Source: Candidatus Limnocylindrales bacterium (GTDB taxonomy: Bacteria > Chloroflexota > Limnocylindria > Limnocylindrales > CSP1-4). Taken from it: DNA of 64,000 nucleotides. The position numbers were made by a program, and so were the translations under genes. Below the pieces are notes generated by a model. It ran no database searches. It was not told the origin of the DNA and worked only from the letters and a program-made list of their open reading frames with translations. How positions within the stretch are numbered: position 1 is the stretch's first letter; each line of letters starts with the position of its first letter. This document shows positions 19,410 to 28,654 of the stretch, in pieces. Location: contig JBBRSJ010000014.1 in the NCBI GenBank assembly GCA_038245515.1, forward strand, positions 12,955 to 76,954, given 5' to 3'.

Positions 19410-20581
19410 AGCGTGACCTCGTGGCCGGCCAGCAGGAGACGGCCGAGCCGCAGGACGTCGCGCAACTCCGCCGCCTCGTGCGCCGAAGGCTCCGAGCCGT
19501 CCGCCTCGAGCTCGGCGATCCGGCCCTCGACGTTTCGGATGAACGCCCCGGGGATCGTGTCGGGCGAGGGCAGCGCGCCCTCCGTCAGTGCCGGCGTCGA
19601 CTGGTCGCGGACGCGGAGCTTCAGGAAGCGGCCCTTCAGACGCTCCTCGATCTCATCGATGTCGAGGTCGAGCTCATCCGGCCGGACGCCCATCAGCCGA
19701 ACGTCGAGGACGAGGTCGGGATCGGCCGCGGCCGCGATCCGGTCGATGACCTTCGGTTGATCGACTGCGGTCGCGGCATCGATGGCGAGCTTCTCGAACC
19801 GGGTCTTGCCGACGAGGCGCTCCTCGATCGACACCGTGCGCTTGCCGTTCTGCTCCTCGAGTTCAACGAGGAGAACCTTGCCGGCCCCGTCCTGCGTGAC
19901 CGCGACCGGTTCCGGTGCGCCGGGGTACGCCCAGGTGGTGGCGCCGGCCTTGCCCTGCTGCGCCGAGTGCCAGTGGCCGAGGGCGAGGTAGTCGAGACCG
20001 GTCCCCTCGATCTCGTCGCGGGTGAAGACGACCTCGTCGCGATCGGTCCGGTCAGGGATCGCGAGGGAGCCGTGGACCATCGCGACGTTCCAGGTGGCGC
20101 CATCGCCAGGGGTGACCTTCAGGTCACGGAGAGGGCTGTGGGGTGCCCGCTTCGTTGCGAACACGGGACCGTGGACCACGACGTCGCAGGCAGCGAGACG
20201 GACGCTTGGGAGGTCGGGCGTCAGGACCGTGACGAGGTCGTCGTCGACGCCCGAGCCGGCGAGCGCGGCCAGGTCGTGAACGCGGTACAGCGACGATCGG
20301 TCGTAGACGTCGTGGGTGCCCGGGATGATCACGGTCCGAATGTGGGCATCGACGAGCCGCTTCAGCTCCGCGGCCACGCGCTCGACCGACCGTCGCGGCT
20401 GCGTGTTCGAGTCGAACAGGTCGCCGGCGATCAGGACGATGTCGACCTTCTCCGCGATCGCGAGGTCGACGGCGGCGGCGAACGCCGCGAACTGGCGCTC
20501 TCGCTGAGCTGCGGCCTGCTCACCGAGATCGGCGTGGCGGGCGCCGAGATGGACGTCGGCCGTGTGGAGGAGTCGGAGCAT
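19406..20581 (-). CDS. SbcD/Mre11-like metallophosphoesterase (YhaO-like)
   Basis: Calcineurin-like motifs HTADVHLG, IAGDLFD and GTHD. ATG 20581 was chosen. The stop overlaps the downstream ATPase start by 4 nt. Confidence 0.85.
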   Translation of the reverse strand: MLRLLHTADVHLGARHADLGEQAAAQRERQFAAFAAAVDLAIAEKVDIVLIAGDLFDSNTQPRRSVERVAAELKRLVDAHIRTVIIPGTHDVYDRSSLYRVHDLAALAGSGVDDDLVTVLTPDLPSVRLAACDVVVHGPVFATKRAPHSPLRDLKVTPGDGATWNVAMVHGSLAIPDRTDRDEVVFTRDEIEGTGLDYLALGHWHSAQQGKAGATTWAYPGAPEPVAVTQDGAGKVLLVELEEQNGKRTVSIEERLVGKTRFEKLAIDAATAVDQPKVIDRIAAAADPDLVLDVRLMGVRPDELDLDIDEIEERLKGRFLKLRVRDQSTPALTEGALPSPDTIPGAFIRNVEGRIAELEADGSEPSAHEAAELRDVLRLGRLLLAGHEVTL

Positions 20582-20756
20582 CCGGGCGAGCAGGCCTCCT
20601 GTGCCGTCGCGGCTGAGGACGAAGCGAAGTGGCTCGCCAGGCGGCGACGCGTCCCTCGTATGCCGATCTGGTGCGAGCGAGGCGCCCCCTGGCCCTCGCT
20701 CGCCACCTCGACTGTCAGGGGTCATTGTGACAGGTCGGGTGTCACGGTCGCCAGCC

Positions 20757-20843
20757 GGGTCGGGTCGCCAGATCGGCGGCCGACGAGTCGGCGGGTCGGG
20801 TCGCCGCGTCGGCGGCCGGGCCGCCCGGCGGGTCAGGTCGACC
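20757..20843. repeat. three imperfect copies of GGGTC(G/A)GGTCG(C/A)C spaced 36-37 bp apart
   Basis: Copies begin at 20757, 20793 and 20830. The first two are an identical 13-mer, GGGTCGGGTCGCC. Confidence 0.8.
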
Positions 20844-21307
20844 GCGGCTGCGCGACCCGTGCCGGCCGATTTCTTGCGCCCAGGAACGTGGCGCCAGTTG
20901 CGCGACGCTGCGCGCCGAATGTCCGCCTCCCAGGATTCTCTCGCCTGAGTCACGGCTACGACCCGCCCGCTTGAGCGTGGGTCGGCCGGCGTTGCGGGGG
21001 GTCCGCCCGGACAACAGCAACCACTCGCCTGTGGCGCCGAGAATCGCGGGCGGCGAGAATCCCGGTCGCCGGAGCCTGTCGCCGCTGGCGGACCGGGCGT
21101 CCCGGCAGTTGCAACGCCGGATCCGGGAGATCGGTGTATGGTCCCGACCATCGATCAATCCTTGCGCCCCGACAGGGACTCCATAGCGGCACCTGGATAG
21201 CGCGGCGCCGGCCGTTCCCGACGCATCCGCTCCCTCCCGTCTTCCGTTGTGGTCGCCCCGCCCGGGCTCGCGGCGCCGCAATCGCGCTCAAGAGGAGAGG
21301 AATTTTC

Positions 21308-21646
21308 GTGACCTACGTCGATCGCACGTTGACCTGCGTCGACTGTGGAGTGGAGTTCATTCACTCGGCCGCCGATCAGGAGTATTACATCCAGAAGGGC
21401 TTCGCCTCGGACCCGAAGCGCTGCACGAGCTGCCGCGCCAGCCGCCGCGCGACGCGCGATGCGGGCTCCGATGTCCGCGACATCGGAGGGCCCCGCGGCT
21501 ACGAACGCGGCGACGAGCATGTCGCTCGGGAGTACTTCGCCGTCGTCTGCTCCTCCTGTGGCAACCAGGCCCAGGTGCCGTTCAAGCCGCGCATGGATCG
21601 GCCCGTGTACTGCTCCGATTGCTTCCGGCAGGTCAAGCCCGACTGA
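21308..21646 (+). CDS. zinc-ribbon protein with two CxxC...CxxC modules (zf-trcl / CxxC-x17-CxxC type), function unknown
   Basis: Cysteine pairs CVDCG...CTSC and CSSCG...CSDC. GTG 21308 is preceded by AAGAGGAGAGG. Confidence 0.8.
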   Translation: MTYVDRTLTCVDCGVEFIHSAADQEYYIQKGFASDPKRCTSCRASRRATRDAGSDVRDIGGPRGYERGDEHVAREYFAVVCSSCGNQAQVPFKPRMDRPVYCSDCFRQVKPD

Positions 21647-21714
21647 CGCTTTCCTGACCGCACCCGGTCGAGCGCGGTGGCCCAGACCCGCGTTTCCCGG
21701 ACCCCCTCGCATCA

Positions 21715-21745
21715 GAACGCCCCGGTTCATCCAACCGGGGCGTTC
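21715..21745. terminator. perfect 13-bp hairpin between convergent genes (bidirectional terminator candidate)
   Basis: GAACGCCCCGGTT - catcc - AACCGGGGCGTTC, followed by gcgattt. Confidence 0.6.
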
Positions 21746-21757
21746 GCGATTTCGGCC

Positions 21758-22483
21758 CTACAGGCGGAACACGTCTCCCCGCCGGAAGCGCTCGCGGGTG
21801 CGGCCGTGCCACACCGTGACCCGGCCGCGGCCGTGGACCTGCCACGAGCCGTCGCGCCCGACCGCCGCGGTCTCATCGTCGACGCCGAGCGTGGCCAGAC
21901 CCCCTGGGGTCTGCAGCACGATGATCGCCGACACGGGCTCGGGGAACGCGTCGTAGTGCGGGATCACACTGGCCCCGGGCGCCAGACCGAGGCCGTCGCG
22001 CCAGCGAAGCGGCCAGATCAGCCGCCCCTTGCGGAAGTCCCAGTGGCGCGCGGCGAGGGCCATCGCGCCGGCTGAACACCCCGCAAGGGTTGCGCCGCGC
22101 GCGTTGGCGGCAACGAGGGCGGCACCGACGGGCGAGCCGACGAGGGCGTCGGTGAGATGGCCCGGTTTGCCGCCGGACAGGTAGATCAGGTCCGCCTCGC
22201 CGATCGCCTGGGCGTGGGCGTCGTCGTCGGCATCGAAGCGATCGCGGACGAGGACCGGCTCGACCTCGGCCCCCAGCGCGCTGAAATGCTCCACGCCCAT
22301 CGCCGCCCAGCGCCGGAAGACGTCCTCGCCATCTGGCCACGAAGCGGTCGGCAGGATCGCCACTCGCGGCCGTCGCCGACCGGTCCCCGCGAGCAGGGTG
22401 GCGTCGATCTCGTTCATCGCGGGCAGGAACTCCCCGGAACCGACGAGGGCGATGGGTCCGGGTCCTGGCATCGTCGTGAGCAT
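21758..22483 (-). CDS. peptidase S51 / cyanophycinase-like type 1 glutamine amidotransferase-like protein
   Basis: Segments IALVGSGEF, ILPTAS, LIYLSGGKP and GCSAGAMAL. ATG 22483 (alternative 22471) is divergent from the MFS gene. Confidence 0.7.
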   Translation of the reverse strand: MLTTMPGPGPIALVGSGEFLPAMNEIDATLLAGTGRRRPRVAILPTASWPDGEDVFRRWAAMGVEHFSALGAEVEPVLVRDRFDADDDAHAQAIGEADLIYLSGGKPGHLTDALVGSPVGAALVAANARGATLAGCSAGAMALAARHWDFRKGRLIWPLRWRDGLGLAPGASVIPHYDAFPEPVSAIIVLQTPGGLATLGVDDETAAVGRDGSWQVHGRGRVTVWHGRTRERFRRGDVFRL

Positions 22484-22512
22484 ATCCGTGCCTGTGCGAC
22501 ACTGCCCGCCAC

Positions 22513-24129
22513 ATGACCCGCGACCAACGGTGGACCCTCCTGGCGGCGATCGTCGCGTCGGGGATCGTCTTCCTCGACAGCACCATCGTGAACCTGGCGC
22601 TGAAGAAGATCGGCCAGGAGCTCCCAACCACGACGTCGCTCGGCGTGCTCGAGGCCCAGGCCTACGTCGGGAGCGGCTATCTCGCCGTCCTGGCCGCCCT
22701 CCTGATCGTCGCGGGCGCCCTCGCCGACCGCTACGGACGACGGCGCATCTTCGTCATCGGGCTCGCCTCATTCGGGACGATCTCGGTGCTGTGCGGGCTC
22801 GCCCCGACCCTCGAGATCCTGATCGTCGCGCGGTTGCTTCAGGGAGCGGCCGGGGCGCTCCTCGTGCCTGGATCGCTGGCGATCATCACAGCAGCCTTCG
22901 ACGGCGCGGCTCGCGCCCGCGCGTTCGGGCTGTGGGCTGCGTCGACGTCGGCCCTGACCCTGCTCGGGCCGATCCTCGGCGGACTCCTCGTCGACAACGT
23001 GTCGTGGCGGGTCGCGTTCCTGATCAACGTCCCGCTCGTGGCAATCGCGATGTGGTCGGCCATCCGCCATGTCGCCGAGTCGCGCGACCCGGACAGCACC
23101 GGCCATTTCGACTGGCTCGGGTCGGCTGTCGGGGCGGTGGCCGTCGGTGGGCTCGCCTTCGGCGCGATCCGCGGCCAGGAGTCGCAGTGGGTCGACAACC
23201 GGGCGTGGATCGCGCTCGGGATCGGCGCGATCTGCCTGGTCCTGTTCCCGATCCTCATGGCGATCCGGCCGCGGCCGCTGGTGCCCCTGTCGTTGTTCCG
23301 CAACCGCGAATTCGCCACGATCAATCTCGCGACGTTCCTGATCTACGGCGCCCTGTACGTGTCGTTCACCTACACCGCCCTGCTCTACCAGGGGACGCTC
23401 GGCTACACCGCCACCGGTGCCGCGATCATCGGCCTCCCGGCGGGCATCCTGCTGGCCACGCTGTCTGCGCGGGTCGGCGGGTTGACGGCGCGGTTCGGGT
23501 CGCGGATCTTCCTCGTCGTCGGGCCGCTCATCGTCGCTGCCGGCCAGCTCTGGCTCGCCCGGATCCCGGCGAGCTCGGACCCGTGGCTGGCCGACCTGAG
23601 TCATCCGGCAACCCTGATCCCGCCGATCGACGCCCTGGTCGACGTCCTGCCGTCGGCGATCGCCTTCGGCGTCGGGATGGCGATGGTCGTCGCACCCCTC
23701 ACGAGCACGTTGATGGGTGCGATCCCGGCGCGCAATACGGGTCTCGGATCGGCGATCAACAACGCCCTGTCTCGGGTTGGGCAGCCGCTGCTCGGGGCGG
23801 TCATCTTCGTGGCGATCACCGCCTCGTTCTACACGGCGCTGGCGGCAAGTGTCCCGGGCCTTGATCCGGCCGACCCGGCGATCCGCAGCGCGATCGTCCC
23901 GCTCAACCCGCCGAAGGCAGGCACGCCCGGGGCGCAGGTGGTGGCGGCGAAGGTCGCGTCGGTCGATGCCTTCCACCTTTCCGCGCTCGTCTCGGCCGGC
24001 CTCATGATCGCGGGATCGGCGACGTCGTACGTCGGCTTGCGGCCGGCGACCGGACGGGTGGGCGGGACGTCCGGCGCGGCGGCGTCCGACCGCCCGAGCG
24101 CCGACTCGATCGCGGCCGGTCCGGGCTGA
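22513..24129 (+). CDS. MFS transporter, DHA2 (EmrB/QacA, 14-TM) family
   Basis: FLDSTIVNLAL and LADRYGRRR motifs, with about 14 TM helices. Confidence 0.9.
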   Translation: MTRDQRWTLLAAIVASGIVFLDSTIVNLALKKIGQELPTTTSLGVLEAQAYVGSGYLAVLAALLIVAGALADRYGRRRIFVIGLASFGTISVLCGLAPTLEILIVARLLQGAAGALLVPGSLAIITAAFDGAARARAFGLWAASTSALTLLGPILGGLLVDNVSWRVAFLINVPLVAIAMWSAIRHVAESRDPDSTGHFDWLGSAVGAVAVGGLAFGAIRGQESQWVDNRAWIALGIGAICLVLFPILMAIRPRPLVPLSLFRNREFATINLATFLIYGALYVSFTYTALLYQGTLGYTATGAAIIGLPAGILLATLSARVGGLTARFGSRIFLVVGPLIVAAGQLWLARIPASSDPWLADLSHPATLIPPIDALVDVLPSAIAFGVGMAMVVAPLTSTLMGAIPARNTGLGSAINNALSRVGQPLLGAVIFVAITASFYTALAASVPGLDPADPAIRSAIVPLNPPKAGTPGAQVVAAKVASVDAFHLSALVSAGLMIAGSATSYVGLRPATGRVGGTSGAAASDRPSADSIAAGPG

Positions 24130-24197
24130 GCGCGGGCTGCCACGTCTCGACCGGGCGTCCGGACCAGCGGGGGTCGGGTTGGCGGGCTGGAAACGAC

Positions 24198-24224
24198 GAA
24201 CCGGGCGGTGACCCCGCCCGGTTC
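24198..24224. terminator. perfect 11-bp hairpin between convergent genes
   Basis: GAACCGGGCGG - tgacc - CCGCCCGGTTC. Confidence 0.55.
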
Positions 24225-24250
24225 GAGGATGAGACGGGCGAAGCGCCCGG

Positions 24251-24799
24251 TCAGGCCGGCGGGGGCTCGTCCGCCTGGTCGATCGGCGGAGCCGTCGGCG
24301 CCGCAGCAGGTGGTGCCGCGACGGGCGGTGCCGCGACGGGCGGCGGCGCAGCGGGCGTCGAGGCGGGCGGTGTCGTGGTGGTCGTCGAGCCGAAGTTCGG
24401 CATGGGCGGCTTGACGACCTGGTACTCCTGCCAGGCACCCCAGGCCATGACGGCGGCTCCGGCGACCTCGAGCAGAATCGCGAGGATCGCGGTCGCCCCG
24501 AAGAAGCTGAGCACCCCAATGACGCGGAGCAGATCGAGCAGGACCAGGAGGGCCACGATCCCGCTGATGCCGAGGATCAGCAGAGGGGCGGGCGCCGGCC
24601 AGGTCACGTTCATGTTCGGCGCGTACTTGACGTACAGGATCCCGAGCACGGCAATCGCACCGATGAGGGCGACCGATCCTGCGCCAACGCCATAGCTCGT
24701 GAGGCTCACGATGAAGCCGAGGATGATCAGCCCCGCACCGATCGCCGAAAGTCGCTCTCGTGGATTGAGCTTGTTCCAGACGTCCTGGAGTTGTGCCAC
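24251..24799 (-). CDS. hypothetical membrane protein with a Pro/Ala-rich C-terminal tail
   Basis: GTG 24799 is preceded by GGAGGGTGACA. Four to five TM helices are followed by PPVAAPPVAAPPAAAP repeats. Confidence 0.6.
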   Translation of the reverse strand: MAQLQDVWNKLNPRERLSAIGAGLIILGFIVSLTSYGVGAGSVALIGAIAVLGILYVKYAPNMNVTWPAPAPLLILGISGIVALLVLLDLLRVIGVLSFFGATAILAILLEVAGAAVMAWGAWQEYQVVKPPMPNFGSTTTTTPPASTPAAPPPVAAPPVAAPPAAAPTAPPIDQADEPPPA

Positions 24800-24915
24800 T
24801 GTCACCCTCCGTTGTGTTCCGTCGCGGGTCGGCGGACTGCGTCCCCGTGTACTAGGGTAGCGATGCGGAGCCGCGGAATCTAGGCCTGACGATTCGTTCA
24901 TCCCATACTGCCTCG

Positions 24916-25668
24916 ATGACGCCGCCACGCGACTGGGATGCAGAGACCTACGACCGGGTCGCCGATCCCCAGACTCGGTGGGGCGGCGCCGTCCTCGATC
25001 GACTGCCGCTGGGCGGCGACGAGACCGTCCTTGACGCCGGGTGCGGGAGCGGCCGCGTGACCGAGCTCCTCGCCGAGCGGCTCCCGCGCGGACGGGTCGT
25101 GGCGCTCGATGGGTCGCCCGCGATGGTCGATCAGGCCCGCCGCCGCCTCGACCGGTTCGGCGATCGGGTCGACTACTTCGTCGCGGACCTCGCCCGCCCG
25201 TTCGACCTGCCCGATGGCGTCGTTGCCGACGCGATCCTGTCGACCGCGACGCTCCACTGGATCCTCGATCACGACGCGCTGTTCGACAACCTTGCGGCCG
25301 TCATCCGACCGGGCGGACGGCTGGTGGCGCAGTGTGGCGGCGCCGGCAACATCGCATCCATCATGGCCATCCTCGCGACCACCGGCGACGGCTGGCTTGG
25401 CGACAAGCAGTTCGCGACGCCCCAGGCGACGGCGGGCCGGCTCGCGACGGCCGGCTTCACCGACATCGAGACGTGGCTCCAGCCGGAGCCGACGCGCTTC
25501 GAGCCCGGCGAGCCAGTTGAGAGCTTCCTTCGGACGGTCATCCTGGGCGGACATCTCGCCCGCCTTCCGGCGGAGGAGCGCGACGCGTTCGTCCACGAGG
25601 TCGCCCGCCAGATGCCCGAGCCGGTGATCGACTACGTCCGCCTCAACATCCTCGCGACCCGAGCCTGA
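24916..25668 (+). CDS. class I SAM-dependent methyltransferase (trans-aconitate methyltransferase-like)
   Basis: Motif I VLDAGCGSGRVT, followed by VVALDGSPAMV. Confidence 0.85.
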   Translation: MTPPRDWDAETYDRVADPQTRWGGAVLDRLPLGGDETVLDAGCGSGRVTELLAERLPRGRVVALDGSPAMVDQARRRLDRFGDRVDYFVADLARPFDLPDGVVADAILSTATLHWILDHDALFDNLAAVIRPGGRLVAQCGGAGNIASIMAILATTGDGWLGDKQFATPQATAGRLATAGFTDIETWLQPEPTRFEPGEPVESFLRTVILGGHLARLPAEERDAFVHEVARQMPEPVIDYVRLNILATRA

Positions 25669-25842
25669 CGGGCGCCCCGCGCCCTGTGCGCCGGACGCAG
25701 GAAACACAGAAGAGGGGTGCCGTCAGCCGTGGGCAATGCGTCCGAAACACGAATCGGCCGAGGAACGGGTCACTTCGGGGTCTGCAGGCGCGCCCGGCCC
25801 TCGCTTGACGCGCCTGATGCATCACGGAGCGCCGGGTCGGCG

Positions 25843-26397
25843 TCAGCGTTCGACGCGGAATGCCTCGCCGTGGCCGGGGATGACGATGTCGGCGACCTCG
25901 AGGACCCGCGCCCGCTGCGTCTCGAGGATCGCCTGGTCCGGCGCGAGCGGGTCGATGACGGGCGTGCGGTCCTAGCGCCACCAGAGATGCGTCAGGGCGT
26001 AGACGCCGTCATCGGCCCGGACGATCAGGGACGCGTCCTCCTCAGTGTGGCCCGGCGTGAGCCAGAGGGTTGCGTGCTCGGTCATCTGCCAGCCGTCGCC
26101 GTCGTGGTCGAGCCACAGGTCGTCCCTGTACCGCGCCCAGAAGTCGATCACCTCCGCGTTCGGGAACAGCGCGACGTTCATCGTGTGGTCGGGGTGGTGA
26201 TGGCTCAGGAACACGTGTGTCACGTCGCCCGGGTCGATGTCACGCGCCGCGAGCGGATCGAGGATCCGGGCGTGGGACGCGACCATGCCAGGGTCGGCGA
26301 CGATGATCGCGTCGCCGTCGCGGATGAGGCTGATGCTGCTCCCGACGCGGCTGTCGTCGCGGATGTAGCCAGCATGGATGAGCTCGACGGTCGTCAC
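25843..26397 (-). pseudogene. MBL-fold metallo-hydrolase interrupted by an in-frame TAG (25972-25974)
   Basis: ORF 25972..26466 carries HHHPDH and TPGHT. Reading straight through the TAG adds 42 in-frame codons ending in IVIPGHGEAFRVER, the conserved last His motif. The start is GTG 26397 or 26466. Confidence 0.7.
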
Positions 26398-26492
26398 CAG
26401 CGGAGCATAGGCGGCGCCGGGGAGCGAACGCGCGGGTACGCGGCCTCGTCTCGCGGACCGGACCACGGGGCCCCGCCGGAGCGGAGCCCGTC

Positions 26493-28175
26493 ATGCTCGT
26501 CCCCATGACGCACTCCGGAGGTCCCGCCGACCTCGTCCTGACCGGCGGCCACGTTCACACGGTCGATCCACGGCGGCCGCGGGCCGAGGCCGTTGCCGTC
26601 CGCGATGAGCGGATCGTGGCACTCGGCACGGCGGCCGATGTCGCCGACCTCGTGGGTCCCAGGACCCGCGTCGTCGACCTTGCCGGGCGCCTCCTCCTGC
26701 CCGGTTTCCAGGATGCCCACATCCATCCGATCTTCGGTGGCGTCGACCGCCTTCAGTGTGATGTCCGCGACGCCCGTGGCCGCGAGGCCGTCCTCGCCAC
26801 GATCCGGACCTACGTCGCCGCCCATCGGGCTGACGACTGGGTCATCGGCAGCGGCTGGTCGATGGCGGACTTCGAGAACGGGACGCCGCGACGGGAGGAC
26901 CTCGACGCCATCGTCGCGGACCGGCCGGCCTTCTTCCCGAACCGCGATGGCCACTCGGCCTGGGTCAACACCCGGGCTCTCGAGCTCGCGGGGATCGATC
27001 GGAATACGCGCGACCCCGACGACGGCCGGATCGAGCGCGATCCGGACGGGACGGCGAGCGGATCGCTCCACGAGGGCGCATTCCGGCTCGTCGAACGGCT
27101 GATTCCGCCGCCCACCGCCGAGCTGATGGCCGACGGGCTGCGCCTCGGCCAGGCGTATCTCCACTCGCTGGGCATCACCGCCTGGCAGGACGCGATCGTC
27201 CGGCCCGAGGACCAGGCCGTCTATCGGGCCGCGGCGGAGGCCGGCTGGCTGACCGCCCGCGTCGAGGCGGCGCTGTGGTGGGAGCGCGACCGCGGCGACG
27301 ACCAGGTCGACGAGCTGATCGAGCGATCGCGCGGTGGCGCCGTCGGAACGTTCCGGGCGAACAGCGTGAAGCTGATGCAGGACGGCGTCCTCGAGACCTT
27401 TACCGGCGCGATGATCGACCCGTACCTCGGCGCCGACGGCCGGCCGACCGACAACCGCGGGATCAGCTTCATCGATCCCGAGCGACTGCCCGGCTGGGTG
27501 ACGCGGCTCGACGGGGCCGGGCTCCAGCCCCACTTCCACGCGATCGGCGACCGGGCCGTCCGCGAGTGCCTGGACGCCGTCGCAGCCGCCCGGTCGGTCA
27601 ACGGCCACACCGACACCCGGCCTCACATCGCCCACATCCAGGTGATCCACCCCGACGACCTGCCGCGGTTCGCCGCTCTCGACGTCGTCGCCAACGCGCA
27701 GCCGCTGTGGGCCGTCGAGGAAGCCCAGATGACGGTGCTGACGATGCCGTTCCTGGGACCCGAGCGCACTGCCTGGCAGTACCCGTTCAAGTCGCTCCTC
27801 CGGTCGGGCGCGCGCCTCGCCATGGGCTCGGACTGGAGCGTGTCGACGCCCGATCCCCTCGAGGAGATGGACGTCGCGGTGACTCGTCTCGTCCCGCGCA
27901 AGGACCGCGCCGGGACGCCCGGGGCGACGACGAACCCGTTCCTGCCGGCGGAGCGGCTCACCCTCGCGGAGGCGATTGCCGCCTTCACCTCGGGCTCCGC
28001 ATTCGTTAACCACCTCGACGCGGACACCGGCACGATCGAGGTCGGCAAGCTCGCCGACCTGACGGTCATCGACCGCGACCTGTTCGCGCCGGACGCCGGC
28101 CCGATCAGCGACGGGCGGGTGCTCGGAACATTCGTCGGCGGCGTGGTCGTGTTCGAGGACCCGCAGCTCGGCTAG
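26493..28175 (+). CDS. amidohydrolase family protein (Amidohydro_3 type)
   Basis: LLPGFQDAHIHP metal-binding motif, plus HFHAIGD and a C-terminal GKLADLTVIDRD segment. Confidence 0.85.
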   Translation: MLVPMTHSGGPADLVLTGGHVHTVDPRRPRAEAVAVRDERIVALGTAADVADLVGPRTRVVDLAGRLLLPGFQDAHIHPIFGGVDRLQCDVRDARGREAVLATIRTYVAAHRADDWVIGSGWSMADFENGTPRREDLDAIVADRPAFFPNRDGHSAWVNTRALELAGIDRNTRDPDDGRIERDPDGTASGSLHEGAFRLVERLIPPPTAELMADGLRLGQAYLHSLGITAWQDAIVRPEDQAVYRAAAEAGWLTARVEAALWWERDRGDDQVDELIERSRGGAVGTFRANSVKLMQDGVLETFTGAMIDPYLGADGRPTDNRGISFIDPERLPGWVTRLDGAGLQPHFHAIGDRAVRECLDAVAAARSVNGHTDTRPHIAHIQVIHPDDLPRFAALDVVANAQPLWAVEEAQMTVLTMPFLGPERTAWQYPFKSLLRSGARLAMGSDWSVSTPDPLEEMDVAVTRLVPRKDRAGTPGATTNPFLPAERLTLAEAIAAFTSGSAFVNHLDADTGTIEVGKLADLTVIDRDLFAPDAGPISDGRVLGTFVGGVVVFEDPQLG

Positions 28176-28354
28176 GTCGACGTTCGATGCGGCGCCGCTG
28201 GGCGGGCGCCACGGCAACGCGGCGAGGCGGCGTGCCCGGCCTCGGCCGGATGACGTAGGTCAATTCACGTCGCGCGACGGTGGGTCGCGCATTCGGGCTG
28301 ATCCACTATCTCGTTGTGATCCCGAACCCAGCGATCGGAAAGGAGAGATCAGAC

Positions 28355-28561
28355 GTGTTCCCAATGAACCACCTCTACGTCGCGGCTCACCTCGACGAGA
28401 TGCGCAAGCAGGCAGCCAGCGAGCGCTTCGCGAAGAGCCAGTCCGCCAGCCACAAGCCGGACCTCGGCGCGGCCGCCCGCAGCGTCCGGTCCTTCTTCGG
28501 CGGTCCGGCCGAGCGGCCGATGACGCTTCCGACCCTCACCAACTACCCGTACCGGGGCTGA
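28355..28561 (+). CDS. small hypothetical protein (68 aa)
   Basis: GTG 28355 lies 6-7 nt after AAGGAGAG, in a locally lower-GC region. I recognised no family. Confidence 0.45.
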   Translation: MFPMNHLYVAAHLDEMRKQAASERFAKSQSASHKPDLGAAARSVRSFFGGPAERPMTLPTLTNYPYRG

Positions 28562-28592
28562 CCTCCACAGCCTCCTCGCTCCCTCCTCCACG

Positions 28593-28624
28593 CGAACGCG
28601 TCCGTCCTCCGACGGGCGCGTTCG
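28593..28624. terminator. 14-bp stem hairpin between convergent genes
   Basis: CGAACGCGTCCGTC - ctcc - GACGGGCGCGTTCG, followed by tcgtcgtcgt. Confidence 0.5.
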
Positions 28625-28654
28625 TCGTCGTGTCGGGCTATTCGGACGCACCCG

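Noticed and set aside
20757-20843. Possible CRISPR array, because of the 36-37 bp periodic repeats
   Set aside because: There are only three copies. The conserved core is just 13 nt and the spacers are about 23 nt with partial similarity to each other. No cas genes are nearby, so this is not CRISPR-like.
21049-21120. c-di-AMP-type riboswitch suggested by two GAGAATC motifs upstream of the zinc-ribbon gene
   Set aside because: The two motifs are only 16 nt apart, and the other conserved ydaO elements are missing.
20582-21151. N-terminal 190-aa extension of the SbcD-like protein (ORF 19406..21151)
   Set aside because: The extension is low-complexity (PTRRPDPPTRRPP repeats, Gly/Pro/Arg-rich). 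The phosphoesterase motif MLRLLHTADVHLG starts right at ATG 20581, as in SbcD/Mre11 homologues.
25972-25974. Pyrrolysine decoding of the in-frame TAG in the MBL hydrolase
   Set aside because: No pylS/pylBCD or tRNA-Pyl is visible in the window, and the host gene family is not a known Pyl protein. A nonsense mutation or a sequence error is the more economical explanation.
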